From contig RGZA01000003.1 of assembly GCA_010031785.1 (NCBI GenBank), forward strand, positions 599 through 32,598: DNA of 32,000 nt, written 5' to 3'. The notes under the pieces were generated by a model, which was not told the origin of the DNA, did not search any database, and saw only the letters and a list, made by a program, of their open reading frames with translations. The DNA is from Alphaproteobacteria bacterium. GTDB taxonomy: Bacteria; Pseudomonadota; Alphaproteobacteria; UBA9219; RGZA01. Shown here one piece after another: positions 1-7,996 of the stretch. The translations under genes and the position numbers were made by a program. Within the stretch, counting starts at the first letter, position 1, and every line of letters begins with the position of its first letter.

Positions 1-978
1 AGGCAGCGCATCGGCAACAGGATTAAGCCCTGCACTTTCGCACACCGCCGTGATCAGCGGGAATTTTTGTGGAAAGGATGCGCCAAGCGCTTTGCGTGCA
101 TCAAGCATCGGGCGATGCCCTGCTTGCAATTGCCGCCAGATTGCGCGCGCGACAACATCACGCGGCGCTAACTCTGCCTGCTTGTCAACGCTGAGCATAA
201 AGCGCTCACCCGTTTCGTTGATGAGGATCGCGCCTGCACCACGCAGTGCCTCCGTTAGCAATGGCATCGGATCGCGGCCAATGGATAAAGCCGTTGGATG
301 AAACTGCACAAATTCAAGATCAGAAAGCTCAGCGCCTGCACGCGCAGCCATCGCGAGACCCTCACCGCGCGCCGCAACCGGATTAGTGGTATAGCAATAA
401 AGCTGGCCAACACCGCCCGTTGCCAGAACCACCGCCTTTGCTGGAAGAACCGCACGTTCCTGATCACGCACTACTTGAATGCCAATGACAGCACCATCCT
501 CTACAACCAGATCAACTGCGCGCCAACCCACATGAAAATGGATTGATGGTGTATTTTTTGCAGTCTGGATCAGTGCGCGCATCACGGCGGCACCCGTGCC
601 ATCACCACCGGCATGCACAATGCGATGCTTGCTATGCGCCGCTTCACGGCCAAGTGATAAATGCCCATCCGCCTGTCGATCAAACGGAACGCCCAGTTTT
701 TCAAGCCATGCAATTTGCGCGCTAGCATGTTCGGTGAGCATTTGCGTGCGTCCCTCATCCACAAGCCCCACGCCCGCAGCAATCGTATCTTCAACATGCA
801 GGCTTGGTGTGTCTTCTTCCGACAACGCGGCAGCAATGCCGCCTTGCGCCCATGCGCTTGCGCTATCTTCGCCGAGGGGAGCGCCAGTTAAAACCGTGAC
901 CAGATGCGGTGCAAGGCGCAGCGCCGTTGAAAGCCCGGCAATGCCAGCGCCAATAATAATGATGGGGTGGTCAGACAA
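1..978 (-). CDS. nadB: L-aspartate oxidase, N-terminal ~326 codons (partial, runs off window start)
   Basis: Absent from the ORF track because no stop lies in the window. The reverse frame is open from TTG at 978 (AAGGAA 5 nt upstream) to base 1. Translation MSDHPIIIIGAGIAGLSTAL...AWAQGGIAAAL...AVVLATGGVGQLYCYTTNP...EFVQFHPTAL...LTEALRGAGAIL...ELAPRDVVARAI matches the FAD-binding GxGxxG fold and conserved NadB blocks. Confidence 0.85.
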   Translation of the reverse strand, partial: MSDHPIIIIGAGIAGLSTALRLAPHLVTVLTGAPLGEDSASAWAQGGIAAALSEEDTPSLHVEDTIAAGVGLVDEGRTQMLTEHASAQIAWLEKLGVPFDRQADGHLSLGREAAHSKHRIVHAGGDGTGAAVMRALIQTAKNTPSIHFHVGWRAVDLVVEDGAVIGIQVVRDQERAVLPAKAVVLATGGVGQLYCYTTNPVAARGEGLAMAARAGAELSDLEFVQFHPTALSIGRDPMPLLTEALRGAGAILINETGERFMLSVDKQAELAPRDVVARAIWRQLQAGHRPMLDARKALGASFPQKFPLITAVCESAGLNPVADALP

Positions 979-981
979 AAT

Positions 982-2292
982 TTATTCCTTTTTGCTGCGC
1001 GCAAGTCGCAATGCTTTCAATTCCAAGAGGCGCGTTGCAATATCCTTCTCATGACCACGCGGGCTTGGCCGGTAAAACTCCTGCCTTACCATAGCATCGG
1101 GGAAATAATTTTGTCCTGAAAAAGCATCGGGCGCATCATGATCATATTCGTAGCCTTCTGCGTAGCCCTGTTCCTTCATTAATTTTGTCGGTGCATTTAA
1201 AATATGCTTGGGCGGCATCAGGGAGCCATAGCGCGCTGCCGCAGCTTTGGCCACACTCATCGCCACATAAGCCGCATTAGATTTTGGCGAAACTGCCAAA
1301 TAAATAACCAGTTGTGTAAGCGCTAATTCCCCTTCAGGTGAACCCAGCCGTTCATAAGCCTGCCAGGCAGCAATTGCTTGTGTAAGCGCTGCCGGATTGG
1401 CTAGGCCCACATCCTCAACCGCAAAGCGCGTAAGGCGCCGTGCAATATAATGCGGATCCTCCCCGCCTTCGGTCATGCGGAAGAACCAGTAAAGGGCTGC
1501 ATCCACATCACTGCCGCGCAAGGATTTATGCAGGGCGCTGATTAAATTATAATGACTATCCTGTTTCTTGTCATAAAGCGGTGCGCGCTTTTGCAAGCGC
1601 TTGATCAGCGCCTCCTTATCCAATATTTCTTTGGGCGGCGCGGTTAGTAAATCTTCGGCCAATGTAAGAAGATAACGCCCATCGCCATCGGCCATAGCAA
1701 TCAGTGCGGAACGCGCTTCATCGGTAACAAGCAGTTTCTTGCCAGTATTTTTTTCAGCACGCGCTAGTAATTCTTCCTGTGCGGCTTCATCAAGGCGGTT
1801 CAGCACACATACTTGCGCACGCGATAACAACGCGCCATTAAGCTCAAAGGATGGATTTTCGGTCGTTGCACCCACCAGTATAACTGTACCATTTTCAACA
1901 TAGGGCAAAAATGCATCCTGCTGCGCACGGTTGAAACGATGAATTTCATCGACAAATAATAGCGTGCCAATGCCCATATCATGGTTTTTTTCAGCCGTTT
2001 CGAAAATCTTGCGCAATTCCACAACACCCGACATCACAGCAGATACCAGCTCAAACCGCAGCCCGACTTCGTTCGCCAGCAAACGCGCAATCGTGGTTTT
2101 GCCGCAACCCGGCGGGCCCCATAAAATAATCGAGGCTAAATGTTTGGCCGCAACCATGCGCGCAATCGGGCCATCATCTTTGAGCAAATGATCTTGCCCG
2201 ATTACTTCGGAAAGAATTTTAGGCCGCAATGTATCGGCCAAAGGCCGTTGTGCTGGATTTTCAAACAAGGATGTTTCTTTTGCTGGGCTCAT
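982..2292 (-). CDS. rarA: replication-associated recombination protein A (AAA+ ATPase, MgsA/RarA family)
   Basis: 436 aa. Walker A GPPGCGKTT, Walker B LLFVDEIHRF, and a C-terminal MgsA-type helical domain (ALHKSLRGSDVDAALYW). The ATGA start overlaps the htrA stop. Confidence 0.9.
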   Translation of the reverse strand: MSPAKETSLFENPAQRPLADTLRPKILSEVIGQDHLLKDDGPIARMVAAKHLASIILWGPPGCGKTTIARLLANEVGLRFELVSAVMSGVVELRKIFETAEKNHDMGIGTLLFVDEIHRFNRAQQDAFLPYVENGTVILVGATTENPSFELNGALLSRAQVCVLNRLDEAAQEELLARAEKNTGKKLLVTDEARSALIAMADGDGRYLLTLAEDLLTAPPKEILDKEALIKRLQKRAPLYDKKQDSHYNLISALHKSLRGSDVDAALYWFFRMTEGGEDPHYIARRLTRFAVEDVGLANPAALTQAIAAWQAYERLGSPEGELALTQLVIYLAVSPKSNAAYVAMSVAKAAAARYGSLMPPKHILNAPTKLMKEQGYAEGYEYDHDAPDAFSGQNYFPDAMVRQEFYRPSPRGHEKDIATRLLELKALRLARSKKE

Positions 2293-3686
2293 CTCACCAC
2301 GACCGTGATGACATTACCGCCGCGATTAATGCTGATGCGCCACGCATTGGCAGAAAGTTTGAGCGCGGCTGTCACATCGCTCACGCTATGCGTTTCCTGA
2401 TTATTGATGCCCACAATAATATCTCCCGGTCGGATGCCAAGGCGCGCGGCGGCACTACCCTTGCTAATACTGAGCACAATCGTGCCTTCGCTATCATCGG
2501 GCAAGCCCAGATCTTGCGCAAGCGCAGGAGAGATATTAGCAATGCGTGCACCCGAAAGTGGCGTGGGACCCGTCAGGCTGATCTCGCTTTTGGTTACTTC
2601 CTTGGGTGCTTCAATAATTTTGACCGACACATCGCGCTTTTCACCCGCATGCAAAATGGTAAAGGTCAGCATGCTATTAATCGGTGCAGTTGCAGTGCGG
2701 TAATGCAGCCCCTGCTCATCATCAATATCTCTGCCATTAATCGCCAAAATCACATCGCCGACTTTAATGCCTGCCTCGCGCGCGGGGCTTTGTTTATGCA
2801 GCTCCCGCACAATCACGCCTGTTGGGTGATTAAGCCCAACGCTTTGCGCAATATCGCCAGTCAGCGTTTGCGCAGAAAGCCCAAGCCACCCGCGTACCAC
2901 CGCGCCGCCATGGCTGGCCGATTCAATCACGGTGCGCACAAGGTTGGCTGGAATAGCAAAACCGATGCCAAGCGAGCCGCCATCTTTGGAATAAATCGCC
3001 GATGGCACACCCACCAATTTTCCATCCGCAGAAACAAGTGCGCCGCCCGAATTACCGGGGTTAATCGCAGCATCGGTTTGAATAAAATAATTATAATCAC
3101 TGCCTGTAACGTCTGCTGCGCGCGCAACGGCTGAGATAATACCCATCGTCACGGTTTGCCCAACGCCAAACGGGTTGCCAATTGCTAGCACCACATCGCC
3201 GACTTGCGCATCATCGCTATCGGCCAATGCAAGCGTTGGGAAAGTTTCACCCTTGGTTTTTAATTTTAAAACTGCAAGATCACTGCGCTTGTCATCGGTA
3301 ATCACTGATGCTTCAAATTCACGGCGGTCCGAAAGTACAACAGTAATCTGGTCTGCGCCTTCAATCACATGATTATTGGTAACAACAATACCGTTTGCAC
3401 CCACCATCACGCCCGAGCCTAGCGAATTCTGCACCCGTTTTTGTGTGAGGCCTTGCGGCAATTGATTGCCAAAAAATTCACGAAACAGCGGATCATTCAT
3501 AAAGGGGGACATCAGGCGCTGGCGTACCACCGTTCGTGTATAAATATTTACAACTGCAGGCGCAACGCGCTTGATCACCGGCGAAAAGCTAAGGGCGATC
3601 TGTTGTTTGGATGTAGGAATTTCCTGCGCATAAACCGGCACACAGAAAGAAATTATTGCAATTACAATCAATAAACTTTCCGTCAT
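2289..3686 (-). CDS. htrA: periplasmic serine endoprotease DegP/HtrA family with two PDZ domains
   Basis: Catalytic triad contexts VVTNNHVIEGAD, DLAVLKL and GNSGGAL, followed by two PDZ-like segments. The start is placed at ATG 3686 (MTESLLIVIAIISFCVPVYA signal-like peptide). Alternative in-frame starts are 3719 and 3761 (GGTGAG 6 nt upstream). The track ORF reaching 3863 reads through a repeat element and is probably too long. Confidence 0.85.
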   Translation of the reverse strand: MTESLLIVIAIISFCVPVYAQEIPTSKQQIALSFSPVIKRVAPAVVNIYTRTVVRQRLMSPFMNDPLFREFFGNQLPQGLTQKRVQNSLGSGVMVGANGIVVTNNHVIEGADQITVVLSDRREFEASVITDDKRSDLAVLKLKTKGETFPTLALADSDDAQVGDVVLAIGNPFGVGQTVTMGIISAVARAADVTGSDYNYFIQTDAAINPGNSGGALVSADGKLVGVPSAIYSKDGGSLGIGFAIPANLVRTVIESASHGGAVVRGWLGLSAQTLTGDIAQSVGLNHPTGVIVRELHKQSPAREAGIKVGDVILAINGRDIDDEQGLHYRTATAPINSMLTFTILHAGEKRDVSVKIIEAPKEVTKSEISLTGPTPLSGARIANISPALAQDLGLPDDSEGTIVLSISKGSAAARLGIRPGDIIVGINNQETHSVSDVTAALKLSANAWRISINRGGNVITVVVR

Positions 3687-3837
3687 GCCCGCCCAGAAGG
3701 ATATCTTTGGGGCGGGCATCCACGAGTTTACTTCTTTTCTATCTTTTATTTTTTTGTACATTTTATACTCACCAAAAATAATAAAGTAAGTTCGTGGATG
3801 CCCGCCCCAAAGATATCCTTCTGGGCGGGCATGACGG
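3680..3837. repeat. 158-bp nested palindromic inverted-repeat element (46-bp perfect arms, 66-bp AT-rich spacer), MITE/RPE-like
   Basis: Arm 3680-3725 (ccgtcatgcccgcccagaaggatatctttggggcgggcatccacga) is the exact reverse complement of 3792-3837. Each arm is itself a hairpin (atgcccgccc / gggcgggcat around a GATATC core). Both strands therefore encode MPAPKISFWAGMT in the ORF track. Confidence 0.9.
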
Positions 3838-3892
3838 CATTTAGGATGAATATAGAACGCCACAAAAATGGGGCAAGAGTTTGGCTAGATTG

Positions 3893-4225
3893 TCAGGCCT
3901 TGATAATACCCGCATCAATCAGCTTGAGGCCAACAACACCAAGAATAATCAGCGCAATGCAGGCCAGCTTTGATACCGATACAGATTCGCCAAGATAAAA
4001 TACGCCAAGCAACAGCAGAAGCACCGAGTTCACGCCAATCCACACGGCATAGCCGGTGCCCATACCAATTGTTTTCATTGCAGTAGCCACAAAGAACGGG
4101 CCGGCAAAAATAAAGAACAGCGCCAAAAGACTTGGAACAAGTTTTGTAAAACCGCCATGGAGCTTAAGGATAAAGATCCATGCTACTTCGCAAAGCGCGG
4201 CAAGGATCATATAAAGCCAGGCCAT
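3893..4225 (-). CDS. sugE: SMR-family small multidrug/quaternary ammonium efflux protein (SugE-like)
   Basis: 110 aa with four predicted TM helices. The conserved membrane-embedded Glu lies in LCEVAW. GYAVWIGV and LGESVS blocks are typical of SugE/EmrE-family proteins. Confidence 0.85.
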   Translation of the reverse strand: MAWLYMILAALCEVAWIFILKLHGGFTKLVPSLLALFFIFAGPFFVATAMKTIGMGTGYAVWIGVNSVLLLLLGVFYLGESVSVSKLACIALIILGVVGLKLIDAGIIKA

Positions 4226-4234
4226 GCGGGGGCC

Positions 4235-4555
4235 CTACTTACACATCTTCATGCAATCGCGCATCGCCTGATCACAGCCCGCTGATGCGCCGATGATTTG
4301 CGCAGGCGCATCAAACAACGCCGTATTGGTATTGCGTGAAGGTGGACCGGCCATGCACAGGTCATGATCATTGTTGCATGCGCGCACGCATGCTTCACGC
4401 TTGGTATCGGTTGATGCAGATGTACGAGGGATAGGAATAGTGTCGACAGCTCTATCGCGGCCACGCAAATAGGAACAGCCACTTAGCATCGCCACACTGG
4501 ATAACACCAAAAGCGCGGCAAGTATCATTCCCCGCGTTTTCGATGCATATCGCAT
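4235..4555 (-). CDS. small Cys-rich putative lipoprotein (hypothetical)
   Basis: Internal start ATG 4555 gives MRYASKTRGMILAALLVLSSVAMLSGC, with lipobox L-S-G-C. The mature part has six further Cys, including CVRAC and CMKMC (two CX3C). The longer track ORF (to 4831) overlaps rplQ in another frame and was trimmed. The start lies 1 nt after the rplQ stop. Confidence 0.6.
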   Translation of the reverse strand: MRYASKTRGMILAALLVLSSVAMLSGCSYLRGRDRAVDTIPIPRTSASTDTKREACVRACNNDHDLCMAGPPSRNTNTALFDAPAQIIGASAGCDQAMRDCMKMCK

Positions 4556-4556
4556 A

Positions 4557-4991
4557 TTAGGCCGCCTTTTCAGAAACAGTATCCAGTTGCTCTTCATTTT
4601 GCTTAGGACCGCTGTCCTTACCCTTTGCGGATACATCGCGGTCAACCAGTTCGATGATTGCAACGGCAGCAGCATCGCCATAACGAAAGCCTGCCTTGAG
4701 AACACGGGTGTAACCACCGGCGCGCTTTGCATAACGCGTTGCAATGGTATCAAACAATTTTGCAACCATCGCGTCATCACGCAATGCTGCAAAAGCCAGA
4801 CGGCGATTGGAAAGGCCACCTTTTTTACCAAGGGTGATCAGACGTTCAACAACCGAGCGAAGCTCTTTAGCTTTGGGAAGTGTTGTTTTGATTTGCTCAT
4901 GCTTGATGAGACTTGCAGCCATATTCGAGAACATCGCTTTGCGATGGCTTGATGTACGGTTTAATTTACGACCTGACATTCCGTGACGCAT
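4557..4991 (-). CDS. rplQ: 50S ribosomal protein L17
   Basis: [45 protein letters not shown] is a canonical L17 N-terminus. The gene follows rpoA. Confidence 0.95.
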   Translation of the reverse strand: MRHGMSGRKLNRTSSHRKAMFSNMAASLIKHEQIKTTLPKAKELRSVVERLITLGKKGGLSNRRLAFAALRDDAMVAKLFDTIATRYAKRAGGYTRVLKAGFRYGDAAAVAIIELVDRDVSAKGKDSGPKQNEEQLDTVSEKAA

Positions 4992-5093
4992 AATACACTT
5001 CCTTCTTCTTCACTTGGTTCCCCGCAGGGATACCGATTAGTTTTGCTCCTACCCTTAACGGTATAGAAACAGCGGATCAGTATGATCCTTTTT

Positions 5094-5147
5094 TAGGCCC
5101 GAGGTTTTAGTCTAACGCCTTGGGCCTAACACCTTGGGCCTAACACC
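5094..5147. repeat. three copies of a 14-bp motif (two tandem, one inverted) in the rpoA-rplQ spacer
   Basis: ccttgggcctaaca occurs at 5118-5131 and again at 5132-5145 as a perfect tandem. The inverted copy taggcccgagg lies at 5094-5104 and can pair with 5118-5128 (10/11 bp). Confidence 0.8.
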
Positions 5148-5154
5148 TCATTTC

Positions 5155-6177
5155 TCAGTATGGTTCTTCCATCTTCTTGAGTAATTCGTCGATATTTTCA
5201 GGCGGCCAACCAGCCACTTCCATACCCAAGGTCAGGCCCATTTGTGCGAGCACTTCCTTGATTTCGTTCAAGCTCTTGCGGCCAAAGTTTGGCGTACGCA
5301 GCATTTCTGCTTCCGACTTTTGAACAAGATCACCGATATAGATGATGTTGTCGTTCTTGAGACAGTTGGCAGAGCGAACTGAAAGTTCAAGCTCATCCAC
5401 GCGACGCAGCAGGTTCTTGTTGAATGGGAATTCGTCTTTAACTGCTTCAGCGATGTGTGCTTTTGGCTCTTCAAAGTTGATGAAGAGTTGCAACTGATCT
5501 TGCAAGATGCGCGCAGCAATCGCCACAGCATCTTCTGGAGCAATCGCGCCATTGGTTTCAACTTGCAGTGACAATTTGTCGTAATCGGTTACCTGACCGA
5601 CGCGGCTATTTTCTACTTTGAAAGAAACTTTGCGTGCAGGTGAGTAAAGTGAATCGATGGGGATAAGACCGATTGGTGAATCTTCCTTGCGATTTTGTGA
5701 AGCAGGAACATAACCCTTGCCCGTTTCAACGGTGAATTCGATGTTGAGCTTAGCGCCGTTATCGAGCGTGCAGATCACCAGCTCCGGGTTCATGATTTCG
5801 ATTTCCGAACCGGTTTGGATGGCTTTGGCGCGAACTTCGCCTGGACCTTCTGCTTGAAGGCGCATCTTGCGTGGGCCTTCGCTGTGCATACGTAAAGCAA
5901 GGGATTTAATGTTCAGAACAATATCGGTTACGTCTTCGCGCACACCAGGAATGGATGAGAACTCGTGCAACACGCCATCAATCTGGATGGAGGTTACAGC
6001 AGCGCCTTGCAAGGATGACAAAAGCACGCGGCGCAGTGCGTTACCAAGGGTGGTACCAAAACCGCGTTCCAGAGGTTCTGCAACAATGGTTGCAAAACGG
6101 GTTAGATCAACGCTTTGTCCAATTTGCTTATTAGCTTGAATAAGTTGCTTCCAGTTTTTCTGCAGCATCTGCGACAT
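5155..6177 (-). CDS. rpoA: DNA-directed RNA polymerase alpha subunit
   Basis: 340 aa. N-terminal domain [15 protein letters not shown] and C-terminal domain [12 protein letters not shown]...IGDLV. Positioned after rpsK. Confidence 0.95.
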   Translation of the reverse strand: MSQMLQKNWKQLIQANKQIGQSVDLTRFATIVAEPLERGFGTTLGNALRRVLLSSLQGAAVTSIQIDGVLHEFSSIPGVREDVTDIVLNIKSLALRMHSEGPRKMRLQAEGPGEVRAKAIQTGSEIEIMNPELVICTLDNGAKLNIEFTVETGKGYVPASQNRKEDSPIGLIPIDSLYSPARKVSFKVENSRVGQVTDYDKLSLQVETNGAIAPEDAVAIAARILQDQLQLFINFEEPKAHIAEAVKDEFPFNKNLLRRVDELELSVRSANCLKNDNIIYIGDLVQKSEAEMLRTPNFGRKSLNEIKEVLAQMGLTLGMEVAGWPPENIDELLKKMEEPY

Positions 6178-6245
6178 TCGTTTGTTCCTTGAAAAATGTG
6201 GTTAGAAAACAAAAACTTTAAAACGCCAAAAACAATCCAGCGCGA

Positions 6246-6674
6246 TTATACGCGGCGGCGTTTTGGTGGGCGTACGCCATTGTGCGGGATTGGCGTTACA
6301 TCCTTGATCGATGTAATAATAAAGCCAACCGACTGCAACGCACGCAATGCTGACTCACGGCCAGCACCAGGACCCTTTACTTCAACTTCAAGGCTGCGCA
6401 TGCCATGTTCCATCGCCTTCTTGCCCGCATCTTCAGCTGCCATCTGTGCAGCATAAGGGGTTGAACGACGCGAACCCTTAAAGCCAACAACGCCCGAAGA
6501 TGACCATGCAATGGTGTTGCCATTGTTATCGCTGATGGTCACAAGCGTGTTGTTAAAGGTGGAGTTTACCTTAGCTACGCCAACCGCAATGTTCTTGCGT
6601 TCTTTGCGCTTGGTACGTGGTGCGCCTGCTTTATCGCCGTCTTTTTTCGCAGGTGCTTTTTTTGCTTCAGCCAT
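6246..6674 (-). CDS. rpsK: 30S ribosomal protein S11
   Basis: [34 protein letters not shown]...[11 protein letters not shown]...[18 protein letters not shown] is a canonical S11 sequence. Confidence 0.95.
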   Translation of the reverse strand: MAEAKKAPAKKDGDKAGAPRTKRKERKNIAVGVAKVNSTFNNTLVTISDNNGNTIAWSSSGVVGFKGSRRSTPYAAQMAAEDAGKKAMEHGMRSLEVEVKGPGAGRESALRALQSVGFIITSIKDVTPIPHNGVRPPKRRRV

Positions 6675-6712
6675 GATGATCTTCCTTAAATGTGCTCAAT
6701 TATTTCTTGCCA

Positions 6713-7093
6713 TTACTTCTTAGTAGCGATTTTCTTGCCAGCGATTGGTTTAGCCGGGCCCTTACGTGTACGCGCATTGGTGTGCGTACGTTGACCACGA
6801 ACCGGCAATCCTTTGCGATGACGTAAACCGCGGTAGCAGCCAAGATCCATAAGGCGTTTGATGTTCATCGCGATATCGCGGCGAAGATCGCCTTCTACTT
6901 TGAATTGACCATCGATGAATTCGCGAATTTTCAAAACTTCGTTATCGGTCAATTGATTGACGCGCTTTGCATCAGGAATAGCCAAGGCATCGCAAATCTG
7001 GCGCGCACGCAAAGGGCCTACACCAAAAATGTAACGTAACGAAATCCATACCGGTTTATTTGTCGGTATATTTACACCAGCAATACGAGCCAC
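6713..7093 (-). CDS. rpsM: 30S ribosomal protein S13
   Basis: Start re-placed at GTG 7093 (GGGGAG upstream), giving the canonical (M)[37 protein letters not shown] follows. Confidence 0.9.
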   Translation of the reverse strand: MARIAGVNIPTNKPVWISLRYIFGVGPLRARQICDALAIPDAKRVNQLTDNEVLKIREFIDGQFKVEGDLRRDIAMNIKRLMDLGCYRGLRHRKGLPVRGQRTHTNARTRKGPAKPIAGKKIATKK

Positions 7094-7246
7094 GCGCTTC
7101 TCCCCCAGAGAATAAAAAAACAAAAACTCAAAAACAAAAAAAGCCGCACCAAATCCGCCCTTTAATCAGGCACATCCAGTCGGTTGCGCTTTTTTGTAAA
7201 ACTATATTCCTAAGAAACACGTCTTCCTCAGGAAATTGTGAGGCGG

Positions 7247-7275
7247 AAACTAAAGGCTAAGAACTAATGAGTCAA
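7247..7275 (-). promoter_or_regulatory. candidate sigma70-type promoter for rpsM-rpsK-rpoA-rplQ
   Basis: Minus strand reads TTGACT (7270-7275), 17 nt, TAGTTT (7247-7252). rpsM has no co-oriented upstream neighbour here, so it needs its own promoter. The -10 is weak. Confidence 0.3.
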
Positions 7276-7429
7276 GGATTTGTCTTTAATATCTTGTTAA
7301 TCGCTCAAAAACGCCTAATTGTTTGATTCTAAATGATTTTTTAATTTTGCACAAACTTCAGGCTTTGGGTAGCCTTTCAAAACCATACCGCCCTTCTCCA
7401 TTTCATCACATTATTATGAGGCATTATAC

Positions 7430-7762
7430 ATGAATCCCGCAATGGTCAGCTCAGGACTTGAAATAGCCGGGTATAAGATTGTCAAACATGTCGGCATTGT
7501 TCGCGGCATCGTGGTGCGCTCGCGCTCAATCGTTGGTAATTTTTTTGCAGGGCTGCAAACCATTTTGGGTGGCAACATTACCATCTATACCAATTTGTGC
7601 GAACGCACCCGCACCGATGCATATGCGCTCATGTGCAAGCATGCAGAAAAGAATGGCGCGAATGCCATCATCTCCATGCGATATGATGCAACGGAACTCG
7701 ATCGCGGCGTAACCGAAGTTTTATGTTATGGTACAGCCGTTATTGTTGAGGAGATAAAATAA
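7430..7762 (+). CDS. ybjQ: YbjQ/UPF0145 family protein (putative heavy-metal-binding domain)
   Basis: 110 aa. VRGIVVRSRSIVGNFFAGLQTILGGNITIYTNLCERTRTDAYALMCKHAEKNGANAIISMRYD...GTAV is typical of the YbjQ family. Confidence 0.8.
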   Translation: MNPAMVSSGLEIAGYKIVKHVGIVRGIVVRSRSIVGNFFAGLQTILGGNITIYTNLCERTRTDAYALMCKHAEKNGANAIISMRYDATELDRGVTEVLCYGTAVIVEEIK

Positions 7763-7971
7763 TGAAAGCACTTACTATTTTCTGCTTCATTTTATTTCTG
7801 GCAGGCGTTGCGGCATTTCTTGGGCAGATGTGGTTCAGCCTGTGGAGCTCTGGCATTTTTCTTAAAATCATCATTACAGATGTCGCCCTGTTTGCGATTG
7901 CCTTTGTGCTGGCATTCCTGATTAAGGAAAACAAGGAAAGCAAAAACATCCATAATGGCGATTTGCAGTAA
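7762..7971 (+). CDS. small hypothetical membrane protein (2 TM helices)
   Basis: 69 aa. The ATGA start overlaps the ybjQ stop. Two hydrophobic helices (ALTIFCFILFLAGVAAFL, IIITDVALFAIAFVLAFLI). No recognisable family. Confidence 0.45.
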   Translation: MKALTIFCFILFLAGVAAFLGQMWFSLWSSGIFLKIIITDVALFAIAFVLAFLIKENKESKNIHNGDLQ

Positions 7972-7996
7972 TCATTATTCAGAATCTCGTTCGGGA

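Noticed and set aside
50-1054. Plus-strand and off-frame ORFs in the first kilobase (50-301, 298-546, 596-1054, etc.)
   Set aside because: The minus-strand frame ending at base 1 encodes a clean NadB N-terminal half. These ORFs are shadows of it and of the rarA 3' end.
2229-3134. 301-aa plus-strand ORF (and 2404-2703, 3175-3372, 3441-3674) opposite htrA
   Set aside because: These lie antisense to a well-supported HtrA/DegP coding frame. The translations are low-complexity, Arg/Ala/Cys-rich with no motifs, and are typical shadow ORFs.
3687-3863. N-terminal extension of the htrA track ORF (MAFYIHPKCRHARPEGYLWGGHPRTYFIIFGEYK...)
   Set aside because: This part reads through the inverted-repeat element and the sugE-htrA spacer. 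It has no SD at 3863, and the signal-peptide-like segment begins only at 3686. It is treated as non-coding or uncertain rather than as part of HtrA.
4556-4831. Upstream part of the 198-aa ORF 4235-4831
   Set aside because: It overlaps rplQ (4557-4991) in another frame. Only the portion from ATG 4555, with a lipoprotein signal, is plausible.
5118-5147. Possible CRISPR or minisatellite
   Set aside because: Only two adjacent 14-bp units with no spacers and no cas genes. It is reported as a short tandem/inverted repeat instead.
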